Part shown: piece after piece, positions 1 through 15,100 of the stretch
Numbering within the stretch: position 1 is the first letter of the stretch
How the letters are laid out: the number at the start of each line of letters is the position of its first letter
Assembly: GCA_905178155.1 (NCBI GenBank)
Contig: CAJINV010000009.1
Location: 2,767,373-2,831,372 of the forward strand
From: Amoebophrya sp. A120
Taxonomy: Eukaryota; Protista; Dinoflagellata
Direction: 5' to 3'
Length of the DNA stretch: 64,000 bases
Made by a program: the position numbers and the translations under genes
Notes under the pieces: generated by a model
Told to the model about the DNA's origin: nothing
Databases searched by the model: none
The model's input: the letters and a program-made list of their open reading frames with translations, nothing else

Positions 1-111
1 GGTGTTTTCCCTTAGGATTTCTGCATTTACAAGTTTTCTCTCTCATGCAGAAAAATTTGTGTTGCTGAATTGACTACAAATGTGTAACTGTAACACTTTT
101 TTCCTGGGATA
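1..111. mobile_element. introner/MITE family C (truncated by window)
   Basis: right TIR ...CACTTTTTTCCTGGGATA. Confidence 0.8.
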
Positions 112-3100
112 CCTCTGCAGAAACAAACACTGCGTAGGGTACCTTCACCGGAGCGGCCATTCCTCCCGCGCCAAAGGTGAGTTTGCCCTCGTGTACATGA
201 ATAATGCCGCCAGTTGGCCGCGCATCTCCACCTGCAGGAGCTGCAGCTTCGCCGCCGTGTATAATTCTTTTCGCTCCGGCGATCGCACCTCGCTCGTTGA
301 GAACCATGAGCAACGCGACGCCCTTCGCGTCGGAATGGGGAAAAAGTGGAGCTCCAGATTCGGAGGGCGGATGCGGACCGGCCGAGTGTGCTGTCCTCAG
401 GGCGAACAAAATTTCGCGCCATGCGATATTGTCACTTACAGCGTCTCATCAAATGCAAAAATGTCTGGGTCTGGAAGATTCTGACACTTGTCATGCACGT
501 TTTGCATGAGCCATGATGTCTGTAATGCATACCCTAGCAACACAGATTTTTTGAGGGCTTCTTGATGCGTATTCCGCATGCCAAATGCCTTCTCAGCGTA
601 GCAAGAATTGCATTCCCTTTGGTACTCATGCAATACAGATTTTTTTGGAATCCAAATGCAGCATCACAAGTTGCACTCTTCCAGACCCAGACATTTTTAC
701 AGTTGATAGGTCTTCTCCCTTCTCCGCCCATGGCACGGCAAGCAGCATGTTCGTATGTTCTATCACTTGATAATCGTCCGGAGCTGCGCCGGAGGCTGAG
801 ATACCGACAAGCTGCTGCTGCTGAAACTGCGCTTTCCGCTGCAAGTCACGAAACAGCCGCCGCTCCTTGAAGCCCTGCTTCGTGAGGTGGTGCTCCTCCT
901 GAAGTGGTCCCCCGTCCCCGCCGTCGGAAGCAGGTACTAGATTTTCCTTCTTCAGACGCAGGATATCCTAAGTAAAAACGTACCCACACCAGAGTTGTAA
1001 TGCAGATTTGCAGTTACAGGAAGATTCGTAATGCGCATCCCCATGAGAGCCATTTCCAGTCGTGTTTTGGAATTTGTGATGCTGTGAACAGGATGAGCAG
1101 ATGAATCTGTGACGCGGCTGCACTTGCTAACCTGCACTACACTGCAGAGTGCAACTTGTCATGCGCGACTCACAAAACTCCTAGGTTTGAGTTGCAAAAT
1201 ATCCATCCTGACTCTGGTGTGGGTACGTTTTTACTCAGGATACAGGAAGCCACTGAGGTACCCCTTCGTTTCATCCGCGTCAAAACTGAAGCCATCCTGC
1301 CACAACTTCACGGCCTGCGTCGGGGGTTTTTGTTCTTCCGGTAGAAGGAGCCCCTTCAGATCCTCCTCCTTGATTCGCTCGGGCGGGGGTCCGTTGAAAT
1401 TGATCCGGTAGCTCCTTGGGAGCCTCTGGTACCAGTACACGCTGGTTGATGCTTATCCAAGAAAAAAACTGTGTTTAGTGTAACTTTCTTTCGCTGACAG
1501 CATCACAAATTTGCTCTACATTGTCATGCGTGGCTTGTAAGGGAAAACACACACGAATAGTGGACTTCATGGCTGTCTGGCATGACAGGTGTGACTCTGT
1601 TGCATGTTCTGCAACACAAATTTACACTTACACAGTTTTTTTCTTCCATAATGCTTGGGGCATTGGCGGAGGCTGGAACACGTCGAGCACGACGCCTTCG
1701 TTTCGCTCCAAGTGGTCTTTTACAAAGGGCAAGGGGTAGATGTCCGGGCTGGGCTCCGGATCCGTGTCGGCGCCGTCCTTCCCCCAAAGCGTCCCCTCCT
1801 GGTAGCGCAGCCAGTTGACTGTCCAGGCGGCGTATATCTTCTCATGATCCTTCCGCGCCGGCCGGACGATCGGATGGAACCCCCAAACGCCCACACTCGA
1901 CGTGTACCTCATCGCGACAGCAACTTTGCCACGCCAGGAATTGTCTCCTCGTTTATGAACTGCTATTTCCGCCTCAGGAAACTTGGTGGGGACGAACTCG
2001 TTGCCGGGTCCCCCATCATCAATAGTAGTTACAACGAAAGAGATGGTCTTCCGCACGGCTTCTGCTAGTTTCCCGTCCGCGTCGGCCAGTTGCGGGACGG
2101 CAGCAGCAGCAGCAGGAGCAGGGGGCAGCTCGCCTTCTGCTGCGTATGTGCCTGTCGGCGGTCGCAGTCCGTCCTCTGTGGATACGGGACCACACCCTCC
2201 CCCGGTCACGACGATGATTTGCGTGGAAGGAGAATCGTCGCCCGACCGGCCGCCCAGAAGCGACGCGACCGACCCCAAAATGCCTCGAATGTCGTCGGCC
2301 GCGTTCTTCTTGCGGTCACCATCGTGCCCCTCAACATCTTCCTCCCCAGCAGCACATCCTCCTGGCGCACCTGTGAGATCTAGCAGCACTCTTTTTGACG
2401 TGCGGCCATTTTTACTGAGGACCTGGTCTCGCACCTGCACCCCATTGCGGATGAAGAGGTACAACTCTGCAAAATCTGCTTCTGCTAACGATGGAGGATT
2501 TTCCCCTACTTCCGTCGCCCGCATCACGGTATCGAGCCGATCACAAAAGTCGCCGATCACGTGCAGCGTCGTACTTTCTGCAACAGCAGCGGACGTCGAG
2601 GACGGGGAGCCATCAGTGTCAGCGCCGGCGGGTGTAGTGCCGTCGGTCGAGCGCGCGGCGCAGCCGGTGTGGTCGTAAATATCGCCGATGAGGCTGGCCA
2701 CGATTTTGACGCTCGCCTCCATCTCCTCGCTCTCGGTATCGTCTTCGCCGTGTCGCTCAATGTCGTTGCTTAGCTTGGTCGCGCTTGGTTGCAAAAATCC
2801 CGCCAGGAAGGCGACGACCTGCCACGGTTCCAGGGCAGTTTTCACCCTGCGGGAGTGCCTCTCCGGTTCGGTCGTAGCAACAGCTTTTCCTTGTGCGTCC
2901 TCCTTTTCGTAGTTGCTGAGGCGTCCGAACCGATCGGCCACAACCCGGACTTCGCTCGCTAAGAACTTGTACGAAAGATTGTTGTTGTACTCGTTCACGT
3001 CTGGGAGAAAGGACAACAAGCCGGGGATCGACAGCAGCGAGTCAACCAAAGGCAAAATAATTCCGTCCACCTTCCTCGCAACCCCTGGCCCAGTTGGTTC

Positions 3101-6100
3101 ATCTGCCACTGGCGGCGGCGCCGGCCACTCGCCTGGAAGTCGGGGTGGGGTGACGTCTTTCCCTAGAAAAAACCACAGGAACAGAATTCTTTTGATGATC
3201 GATCGTACGAGCGTTCGGTCGTCCGGAGGAGAGCCCGGTATGAAGGTGCGCAACTCCGCCCCCCCTCTCAGTGGTTGTCATTCTAAACACGAGTCGTGCG
3301 GCGCACTTTGCCTCCCCACTCATGTGCCACGCAGATATGCCAAATCCAGGAGCACGTGTCCAAGCGGCCGCCGCCTTTACTTTTACTTTAGTACAGCCTG
3401 CGCAGCAGTAGCAAATTCCGGGAGCCAAAACAGTACTAAACAAGTACTACGCCCGACATGATAGGAACTTGTGGCCACGCGAAGGCTGCGGCCTATCATG
3501 TCACTCAAATGAGGCGGAAAAGGAGTTGCGCACAATCATACAGGGCGGTAGTTCGGATCCGCCACAGGCCTGGTGCTCCAACAGTTCTTCGTGCTGTTTA
3601 CAGTCCTGCGGCGTGTCCAGTACACTGCGCGTTCGCGTTTGCGTGCCGCGGTTGTCTGGGTTATCCCTGTCGAAGCACGTCGTGGAACACGGTCCCCATT
3701 CGCTCCACTCGGTATACTTGCAGCAGTTGGGAAGTTTGTCCAGCCGCTTTCTGAACTCCTCTACTCCTTTTCCTCCGCTCTTCATCCCGCACGACTTCTT
3801 CTGCTCGCTTTCTTCCTTGTCGCAGACTTTGTTGCCCTCCTCATCGATCCCCCACTTTGTGATGACAACCCACTCAGTGTACTCGGCTCGCAGCAGAAGC
3901 TCGTTCAGCCGTTCCCTCTCCTCTTCTTCGAGACACACCAGTGTTGCCATCTTGTCAAGTTCTTCCTGCAACCCCTTGCAGTTGTCGTCGAAATCGTCCG
4001 TCTCGGTCCACTCACACTTCTCCGGACAGAACTTCGGGCGCGGGTCTTCGTCGGAAACATAACCAAGGAGTTTGTGTGGGATCGGACTGATGGCGCCGTT
4101 GAAGGTGCAATCTTCCTCCCTTACAGTGTCGACCGGGGGGTTGCAGCCTTCTCTCGAACCCGAAATATGCGTGATTGTAATCGTCTTCTTCGGCCGTCGT
4201 GGTGGTTGCAGCAGAGCGATGATACTCGCGGTATCCAAGAATGCAAAAGCATCGCACTCGAACTACAACTAAGTGCAGTACAGCACGACGTGATCAGATC
4301 TGGTCTCTGATGTATGTAGCGCAATACAACTCAGCGTTAGAAATTCCGTTTTTCCTTCATCTGGAAACATTCGTATCTATAATTATGTGCTATCCCTATT
4401 ACGTAGTGCGATACTTTTACTTCTACTTTTGCAATGCATACGCTGCAGCGTCGGGAAACTTGGTCAACTTGCGCGCCGCCCCATGATCATCTGGTTCTGT
4501 GCCTGCTTCGCCGGTTAGTTCTTTGTCATCTGGTTCCCCATCAGCACCGACCTTGATACAAGGATCGGCGTCTGCGATCAGTTTCATTAGGTCAATCTCC
4601 CATTTTTTGCACGCCTCGTCGTCCTCAGTTATCCGCGAAAAAAAAGCCCTTTCTGCAAGAAACTAATCCGCTGCATTTTTGCAATAATTATATGCAAACG
4701 AACAGCACAGCTACGTCTCCCGGCGGCGAACCTCGTCAACCGATCGCTCTGCCAGCCGGGAAAAGAGGAAGCTGCTTTATCGGTCGGCGACGGGGGCGAG
4801 GCATGCAGCAAAGAATGAAAATTGAAATTCCTGTCATGCACTATAGTGCTCATGTAGAACAATTTGCAAAACACATCTTCATCGATGACTTATGAATTAC
4901 GTGTATGTTGGATATGGTATTACAATTACTGCTGGTGTGTAGACTACATGAGTGACGTTCAGTACTTAGAATAGAAAGATGATGATTAATATACAGGGAC
5001 CTCGCGTTTTTACCTAAAGACGAATCGAAATTGATTTGAGATCGCAACAATTGCGGAATAGTGTCTGCGAAGATACGAGTCTTGTACTCCATACCCTTGG
5101 TGCCTGTTACACAAGGGCCGTCGTCGAATTTCTTCGCACAAAAATCATATTTCGGATGACAGGGTTCTGGGCGCTGTACCTCATCCAAACTACCGAGTTT
5201 TTCTTTTTCATCTGGTTCGAAATCGCGGACCCACATCAACTCTAGCAGCTCTTGTGGTGGGCATTGTCCATGCGGTGGCTCTGCTGTGACCGTGACTGTC
5301 ACCGTGGTCAGGTCGTGAATGTCATTATACTACGATGAAAAATGCCCCCACCCCTGAATTTGCAAAAGCTTCTGATGCAAAGTTTAAGTTTGCAAATGAA
5401 AACTTTTTGTCTTGCATGGAAGGACTGCGAGCCTTTCTGATGCAGAATGTAGGCCCGCGGGGTATCTTTTGCATGAGAGATCCGGCTGGTGCTGGCGCTG
5501 GGCTTTTTGCAATTGCATCACAAATTTTCCATGCTGAATAATTCAGCATGGAAAATTTGTGATGCTGATTGATGTATGCAAGACGGGCAGTGTTTCTATT
5601 GGATTTGAAAAGGTTTGCAGTGCAAATGCTACCAAGTTCTGGGGTGGGGGGGATTTTTCACTTTAATATGCCATTTTTTAGTCTCGTCTCCTCAATGTCG
5701 CTGTTGCGGACGAGGCAGCACTTTTTCCGCTTTTCCCCTATAATTTTTTCCTTTAAGTCAGTAACAGAAACAGTTCCTGTTTCGCTAAGACCTTTTATTT
5801 CTAAAAATAGACCATATGCATCTGTTTTGCAGAAGTCGACCGCGGTCATGCTCTTGCTCGCGCTCGCCACCTCCACGATCTCGTATGCATTGCAAATATG
5901 TCTGGGTCTGGAAGGTGGTCACTTGTGATGCTGTCTTTGGATTCCAAAAATTCTGTATTGCATGACTAGCAAGGAAGCGTAGTCTAGTATGTGCTACGCG
6001 GGGAGGGCATTTCTCATGCGGAATAGGCATGAAGCTGCCTTCAAAAAGTCTGCCATACTGAGACATGCATCACAGACATCATGGATCATGCTCATGCAAA

Positions 6101-9100
6101 ATGTGCATGACAAAACTCGCATCCTTCCAGACCCAGACATATTTGCAACGCATATCTCCTCGTCCTTGTTGATAGCGTCGAGATGCTCGTGGCATTTGTT
6201 TATCCTGTGTAAAAACATCCCCACCCCAGAGCTGTCCTGCAGATCGGCACTGACCAGAACGTCTGTGACGCGCATCCCCATGATAGGCATTTCCTCTAGT
6301 CGTGTTTTGGAATTTGTAATGCTGTAAAGAGGACGAGCAGACGGATTTGTAGTTCTGCTGTCCTTGCTAACCTGCACTACACTACGGGCCGCAGCTTGTC
6401 ATGCGTGGCTCCCAAAACTCCTGGATCATCTGTGTTGCAGAGATCCATCCCCAACTTGACTATGGGTGGGGGACGTAGTTTTTCCACAGGATATTGTTTC
6501 GAATGTTTTCTTCCAACTCGCAATCCTTGCAGACATGCGCCGCTTCGTCGCAGTCTTCCTCCTTTTCCATAGGACCCTCTACGCAGTACTCCGGTTCACC
6601 CTCTCTTACTATTTTTTGACGGCGCCACACCTTCTTCTTCTTAGGACGAGTCTCAGACGGCGTCGCGGCCGGGGCAACCGCGTGGTCCACCGCGTGCTTG
6701 TCCGAGTCTGGTGCTGCAGTCTTCGCAATGCAGGGCTCGCATTTTTCAATCTCCGCCCAGTCTGTGTACAGGCACTCTTTGTCGCAGTCAGGACGTTGTT
6801 TGCCCTCGTCCTCAAACTTCTGCCAGCAAGATTTGCGTAGATCGATCATCTCGTGCTCTGTGTCTACTGCGTCAGTACACAAAGGACCCCCGTCCTCGGA
6901 TACGCCACGGAACCGTAATGTTTTAAAAGTCCTCACAATGTACCTCCCACCGCGGTCTTTCTTTTCCTCGTCCGTCATTCGTCTTTTCGTGCCAGGTCCC
7001 AAGTCCCCGTCGACCAAGGGCCAGCAAGGTTCGGGGCATTCATGCTTTTCCACATCACTGTCGTACTCGCACTCTTTTCGACAGAATTTACTATCAGGTA
7101 AGCCGCGGACAATGCAGTCCTTCTCCCTCGCAATCGGCTTCCGCATGCATTCTGGCTTGTTCCGCTCATCTTCGTTTCGGGGAATGCTGAGTTCGTCCCA
7201 CTCTTCTTTGGCCTGGTACAACTCCTCCGCCTCCTCTGTCGTTTTGACCTCGATGCAGTCTCCGTTTCGCGTGATAGGGGGACACTCTTTCTTCGGTTTT
7301 TTCGTCGTAACATACTCGCCACACGGTGGGCAGAAATCTATTTCGCCCGCAAACAACTCGACGCAGTGTTGGGGACCCATCTTCTCTTTTGCGCTAGGAC
7401 ACGCGAAGCCGCCATTTTTCGGAGGGTTACGTATGTTCAGATTGTACTTCACGAGCTGATTGGGCTCATCTGGGCGGAGGCAGGGCGTACACCCTTCAGG
7501 GTCTAGAACCCACTCGTAGTCACAGCTGACCGGCGCCTGCTCAATGATCCACTTGTATGGTTCTGTAGGATCATTTGTAAAAACGTCCCCACCTCCGCAG
7601 AGTTGTCATGCACATTTGCAATGACAGGAACATTTGTAATGCGCATCTCCATGAGAGGGATTTCTAGTCGTGTCTTGGAATTTGTAATGCTGTAACCCGG
7701 ACAAGCAGATGGGTTTGTGATGCGTTTGTCCTTGCTACCCTGCACTACACTACGGACTCCAACTTGTGATGCTCGAGTCCCAAAACTTCTAGGTTTGTGT
7801 TGCAAAGTCCCCATCTTGACTCTGGCGTGTGGGTGTTTTTCCACAGGATATGTAGGGAAAATTACCCAGTCCAGGCGGAACCAATCGTGATACCAATGCC
7901 ACCACACGTACTGACTGATCCACTTCAAATACTCCGTCCAATCGAACACCCAGCGTTGTAGCGCAACATTATGGGACTCTCAAGCGTTACATTCTCAAGA
8001 ACTGGATACACAATTTGTCACGCAGAATCACTATCACACCGCACACGGTCAAACTTCTTCGCATGACAAGTTTTTGCCGCGCTGAATAGCACTACTAGAA
8101 TCATCGCCAAGTCTGTGATGCAAGACACGCAAGGCCCTTGCCTTCCTATTCCTTTTCTTTTGGTAATATTTGGTTGGTTCTAGATCTTAGATGCAGAGAC
8201 GGAAGAACAAGAAGTAACAACGCAACAGTAATAATAGTAACGATTTTGGTAATAATATTCTTGCATGACAAATCGCGTGACAGTTGAGAATGTAACGTCG
8301 TTTGAGAACGCCATACACACGGGTGCCAGATTCCTCCCAATCTTCCCATTTTTCGTCGTCGTTAAAGAGCACGTAGAGGCCGTGGGGGTTGAATCGCCGC
8401 AAACCTTTCCAGGCTTCTATCGTGAGGGAAAATCGCCCCTCCCCATATCTTAGAAATGTTGGCACGCCTCAGACCATTCGCAGCGCTGAGCCCGGGCCAC
8501 AAGTTGTCTCTGTCTACTTGGAAAACGACAGCTCCGTCGCATGATCATGCAGACGGTTTGCAATGCTGTTCTTGGGCCTCGGCCTGCAGCGTAGACATTT
8601 GCCACGCTAGGTGCCTACGTCCAAACCTCTGGGATCAGAGCCAGACTGCAGCACTCTACTACTGCAAGACATATCTGAAGATTTGTGTACTGCTCGTTAC
8701 GCAAGAAACCAGCATCAGAAACTTCGTTGCAATATACTTAATAATGGGACGAGGGGGAATTTTTCCTTTTGATAATCTCCGCGTCACTGCCACATATTTT
8801 CGTCGATTCGCCCACCAACACGGATACCAAACTGAGCTGCACCCGCGTTCCCTCGTCGGTCGCGAGTTGCTCTACCGGATGCTGCGTTGCGAAATTGTTC
8901 ATGTGCTTGAGGTGCAGCTTTCGGAAAGCTTTTTGGCGAACCGGTTCGAGCTCCCCTGCTTCAAGCTCAATCTCGGCATCAGCTGCTCCGGGAACAAGAG
9001 CCGGTGGATGTTTACGAAGCCCAAGCTTGGCCAGCGCCTTAATGTCCATAATGTCCTGTCTGTCGTCGAGTTTGTTCGGGTAGTGGAGCACAGGACGGGA

Positions 9101-12100
9101 CGCGGAGTCGCCGAACCACCTATCCCGGAGCTTTCCGGCGTAAGAAGGACTGAATCCAAATTTATCGCGCGTCAACTCCGTTTCCAGTTGATGAACTATC
9201 TCTTTATTCTCCACCGGAGTAGTTGTTCCTGAAGAGTCGTCGTGTGACAACAACAGGTTTTGTACATGCTCTCCTGCGTGCCCCGGCCAGTCTTCGAGCG
9301 TGAGCGGGTTTTCCACACAGTCATGTCCCAACACCGTGGCAACAGACGGCGGCGGCAGCGGTTTGTGATCCTCCGGCCAAACTGGGTTCGGTCGTGCTAC
9401 CGCTGCTGTTGCTGGACCTGCTGGTTGTACTGGCCCACGCAGCTCTATGGATGTGTCAGAGTTGAAATCGACAAAGTTGAAATAATTTGTCATGCATAAA
9501 ATGGATGCCAGTTGGGACCCAGTTTCCAAGTGGCGCAAGACAAATTTCGGTGGTCCCTAAATGAATCCACTTTGTCATGCTGTTTAGGCAAAGAAGAGCG
9601 ATTTTCTCACGCTACTTTAGCAGCTCGAGCTGTAACCCCAAACAGGCATACAATCGGCCTCACTTGCCTTCTCTGCAACACACGTGCCTCGGGTCATGCA
9701 TTTTATGCATTACAAATTATTTCAACTTTGACGATTTCAAACCTGACGCTTCCATAAGCTCACGCCCGTCCTTCCGGGTCACGATCAGAATTTCGACGTG
9801 CCTGTTATTCAAATTTTCGTGGCTCAACTCGTTGCGCAGTAACCTCAAGATCGCCTCTAGGCGTCTGGCCTGCTTCTGGCGCAGCTCCACCTTTGCGGCC
9901 TGCTCAGGTGATGGTGTAAGGGCTGCATCATGACGAAGATCCTTGTCGTCCCCGCTGGTCCGGCGATTATAGGGATCATCAGCAGACGGCGGACTTGGTG
10001 CGGTCGTGGCGTCGAGCAGGATCCGCGCGTTCCTCCTGATCCACCTAAAATCGATAGGAGAGAATTTTTTCGTGCGGATTTGCTGAAGTTGGTTTTTCCA
10101 ATCTGCGCTGTGCAGGACCCGTTCGGGCGTTGCTTGTTCGGCACGGTACGCGTCTTCGTAGCCGCGATAGAACACCTTGCGTACGTCCGCTGCGAGAGCG
10201 GGGTCCTGAAGATCACCGCAAATGTTCTCGATCTCGTTTGCTACTCGTTCGGCCTCGGGTGCGTAAATGACCTCTTGTCTGTGCTCGTTCAGCGACCATG
10301 GTGATTTTTCCGTGGAGGTCCCTGCTGCTCCAGGCGGCGTGGTCGTTGCAGGGGTGGCCTCCTTCAACGCCGCCTCGCATCTCTTCCGAAACAACAACTC
10401 GAAAATCTCCCGTTCCCACGGCTTGTCGAGACTTGTGCGGTGTGTCATCGAGGTCGGGTTGGCCAGACTGCCGGTGGGCCACGAGTAGTAAAGCCGGTTT
10501 TTATCACCTCTTACCTCTTTTCTGCTTGTCGGCTTTTTTTCCTCTTCGAGTACGCCCTTCCAGGAGCCGACCAGTTTCCAAAATTTGTCATTCTTCTCGT
10601 TGACGTCCTTCCAGGGGTAAAGGTAGCCCACCAGGTAGGCGACCACCTGCCAGGGTGTGAACCCCGTGCTCGCGAGGGAGGGGTCCGCGGACGGGGACAA
10701 ATTCAGGTTCGCACGGGGACGGCGCGGCTTTCTTTCTTCTTTTTCTCCTGGGCTTACGTAGAATTCATACCCATTTTCGCCTCCCCCCTTCCGATACGAT
10801 CGCCGCATGACAGGGTTGCGTCTAGCATCAGTGTATCGAATGCAAAAATGTCTGGATCTGGAAGATTCTGAGACTTGTCATGCAAGGTTTGCATGAGCCA
10901 TGATGTCTGTGATGCATGCCCTAGCATCACAGGTTTTTTGAGGAATTCTTGATGCCTATTCCGCATGACAAATACCCTCTCCGCGTAGCAAAAGTTAGAA
11001 TCTTTTTGCTGCTCATGCAACACAGATTTTTTAGACATCCAAATGCAGCGTCACAAGTTGCACTCTTCCAGACCCAGACATTTTGGCATTTGATACAGTG
11101 AGCCAGTTGGTTTGGGCGGTAACGGAAAACTCCAGGGGCAGCACCCAGCCGGACCGGTAATCGAACGGGCGCCAGTCGGGCGACTCCCCGAGCTGCCGCT
11201 GGCAGGTGAGCCACGGCCTCACCATGTACATGGTTAGGTAATCCAACCAGGCGTGGAGACGCTCAAGTTGCGGCTTTTCTGGATTGTCTTCCTTCACAAA
11301 GTCCGCCAGGTCTACCCTTTCCTCGAGCCACGACACAGAATAGTCCTCGAGCAGCAGGAACTTTCCCCGCAGGTCCTCCTTGTGTTTCACGCTGCACAGT
11401 TCCCAGGTTCCCAGCGGCACTTTGTGCTCCTTGAAAAGTGTCACGTCATCCCTTTCCTCGCCATTCTGGTCGTGAAAGACGGGCTATCAGAAGAAAGAAT
11501 CCCCCCGCAACATACTCAGCAGGCTCAGGCATGTTTCCGAAAATTTGCGCTCTTGCTGATTTGAGTTCACAAATAGCATTCGTATTGCAAGAAGACAAGG
11601 GCAGAAGTTTCCGCCCCATCATGGAAGCGATTTGTCACGCTGTTGGGCCTAAACGAGAGCTGTTTGCCATGCTGAACAACTAGCCCCATACGCCCCGACC
11701 TAGCCTGGGGACCTGGCTCTGCTACACAAATCAGATTTGTGTACACAAATCCAGCATCAGAAGTTCCGTTTTGATATGGGAAGGGGGGATTTTTCCATTC
11801 GATACGGGCCCACAAACCGTGTTTACGCGGTGCGGGTCAAGTGCCTGCAAAGCCTTCCGGGCAACCTGGCTGGCGGCGAGCCCTTGCAAATTATGATCCT
11901 TCTTGCTGAGCTGTGTTGGACTAGCGGTGACGAGGAGAAAGCCAACTTTCTCCTGCTCCCTGATCTCTTCCCGAAGCGAGGAAAAAAGCTCGCGCAAGTG
12001 ATCCGCAGTTCTCTCGTATGCAAGAAAAAAAGCGTGTAAGTGTAAGTCTGTGATGCAGAAAATGCAAATGAGTTACAATTGTCATGCCAAACACGACCAC

Positions 12101-15100
12101 CCATGACGAAGTCCTCCTTTCATGTGTGAGCTCAAGTCTACTGGTACTAGCAGTGCATATTACAAGCTTTCTCTGTCATGCGGAGGCAGTTTGTCATGCG
12201 GACACTCCACAGCACCTAAGAACACTGACACAATATTTTTCCTGAATATCTCGGCGACGTTATCTTCCAGCACTACCGTCACGTCCATGAGAACGCGGAT
12301 CGTTTGTTTTATCGCAAGAAAAAACTGTTTGTGTTTCACTGTAAACTTGTATGTAATGCAGAGAAAGTATCTGAGTAGTGTTTGTCTTGCTACACATGCA
12401 AGACACTGGATTTTTAGCTGTGTTTTCTCTACTTAGGAATCTCGCATGGCAAATTTTTTCTGTGTTGTAGAACAAACTTGTGATGCAAAAGTTGCAAAAT
12501 TCTTACAGTGACACACCTTTTTCGTACGATATGCGTCACTATTACTTTGGACTTACTGCTCTTGCTTGGATTTTCATTATCCTCCACTTCGCACGTCGGT
12601 TCCTTAGCCATCTGGGCAACTTTCTCCTCCAGTTTTCTGCGGTCGTGCAGACCGTGGAAAAACAGGAGCTGGGGGTGAGTAATATGGGGCTCTCAAACGT
12701 GGCACTCTCAAGCTGTTGCATGATTTGCCGTGCCAAACTACCTTCAGAATCGAGATCGACACGATCGAGGTCGAGGTCGAGCTCCTGCTTCGCATGACAT
12801 CATAGTCTCGAAGTGCCAAAGAGGCTGCGAATCTGTGCCAAATCTGTCACGCAAGAGAGACGCAGAAGGTCATCCTCATCCCGCCTCTCACTTTTGCCAT
12901 TCTTGCATCACGAACTCATGTAACAGCTGAGCCTGTAACAGTTGAGAACGCCATAAGTAAATCTGAATGGTTGGTGTGCCTTGGGCGTGGCGCGGGTGTC
13001 GGTGTCGTGGGGGGTTGTGTCTGTCGGCGGAGGTGATTCTCCTGGAGGTCCTGCAGCAGTAGAGGCGAGGGTCGTGTCTGCCGGCGGAGGTGATTCTCGT
13101 CCTGGTTCTGCAGCAGTAGAAGAAGCAGGCGGCGACGGACCTGATCCTGTGCCTGCGCTAGGAGCAGCGGGGGTGCTGCTCGACGAACCAACTTCTACTT
13201 CCTCATCATCGCACAGCTTACGGATCAAGCGGCGCCAGGCGCCATTCTCTTGTCGTGCGGCAGATGATGTTGATCCGCCACGACCAGAAGATGTGCTAGG
13301 TCTAGCGCCGCTGCCTCGGAGCGCCCCAAGCGCCGTCCTCGCCGCCGTCTTCAACATCGACGCCGGCCCCTCTCGTGCCTGTTCTTCCTGCATTTGCAGG
13401 AAGCTGGCCTCCTGGTTGCCGAAATTCTGCTTTGCGAACTCTGCGCCTGCCCGACCTGCGCTGCCCGGTTTTTGCCACTTGAAGTGCATCGTATTTCTCG
13501 TTCCGACATTTCCCTGTAGCCCAGTCGAAACAAATCCACCGGTCGCATGATCGTAAAGCGGCACAGGTTATCAACTGTAAAAATGTCTGGGTCTGGAAAC
13601 TTGTGATGCTACATTGTGCATCATGAAAACAATTCCGAATGCAGTCCGGCATGACAACTTCCCAAAACGCTTCCTCATAGGAAATCCGCATGAGAAGCTG
13701 CGTTTTTGCATGACAAAAGAGGTTGCGACTTTTGTTGGTTATGCAATACAGATTTTCTAGGTATGGAAAGGTAGCATTACAAGTTCCAACCTTCCAGACC
13801 CAGACATTTTTACAATCCATACAGGTACCCAGTCGCTCCCATCGACGCTCACTCGAACTTGTTTGAGCTGTACATTTCCTCCCACGATGGTGCGAGCGTC
13901 TTCATTCACCGCGAAACTGGTATCCTGAGTAAAAGCGTCGCCATCCCATATATTAAGATGGGGATCTCGCAACACAAACCGAGAAGTTTTGGGAGTCAAG
14001 CATGACAAGTTCCTCTCTGTGGTTTAGTGCAGTTTAGCAAGTACAGCCGCAACACAAATCCATCTAGTCATCCTGTTTACAGCATTACAAAGTCCAAAAC
14101 ACGATGGGGAATGCCTCTCATGGGGATGCGCATTTTTACAATGTAACTGCAAATCTGCATGACAAGCATGGGATGGGGACGTTTTCACTCAGCATAACTG
14201 GGCGAGGGGCCACAGTCCTTCAGTTGTTCCCGGGTCGGCTGCTGCGGCCATTCAACGTGATGAGAGTGCACAACTCCCCCTCCCCATCGTAGTTTGTCGA
14301 GCAAAACTCCAAATCCAAGTGTTTCGTTTCCCTTTGGCACTGATTGCATGACAGACTCTGGAAGCCCAAACTGTACTACACGAAGCGTATGAATTTATTT
14401 TCATGCAAAGGCTCCACGTGATGTGCTGGCGTTTGTATTGCTGTGTGTATGCAGTACAAATGAGGGCGAGGGGGGGTAGTTGTGCACTCTCATAAACGTC
14501 CCTGCAGAACCAGAACCACCTGTAACCTGGTTGCACCGGATTGTTCTGCTTATCGTAGGGTGCGCCTTGCAACGTAGTTTTCAGCCACCACTTACCCTTG
14601 TACCACCGCGACTGGTCCACGACGTTCTCGCCAGGGGCCCCGTGTCCAGCGCACAAGGATCGCACTCGTCGTGGTAGTTAGGAATCGCAGTCAGGCATTA
14701 CAAATCTCCTATAACCAAAATCCGCATTACAGATTCCATTTTTCATGCTGAGGAAATTTGATCATGCCATGCGATTTCTCCTAGTTCTAGTTGTACGATG
14801 CTTTTGCAATTCATACGCCAATCATTTTAGCGACAGTCTCCGGATGGGGGCGGCCACCGCGTGTGTAGTGTTCTATCCCACAGAAAAAAGCTGGCAGGGC
14901 ATATTTGTAATGCAAAAATAAATACACACAAAAATCTGTCATGGGCGGCCTCATAGCATGCTGTTTAGGATACGCAATACAGATTTTTTATCCTCTTGTC
15001 CTTGTGTATTTATTTTTGCATTACAAATGTGACCTGCCAGCTTTTTTCTGTGGGATATGTTCCCGCCCGTGCAAGGTCACCCACTCGCTCCCGTCCACGC

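Noticed and set aside
1655-7459. Long plus-strand ORFs (e.g. 1983..2678, 3573..4310, 6698..7459)
   Set aside because: They are antisense shadows of GC-rich minus-strand exons and carry no recognisable motifs.
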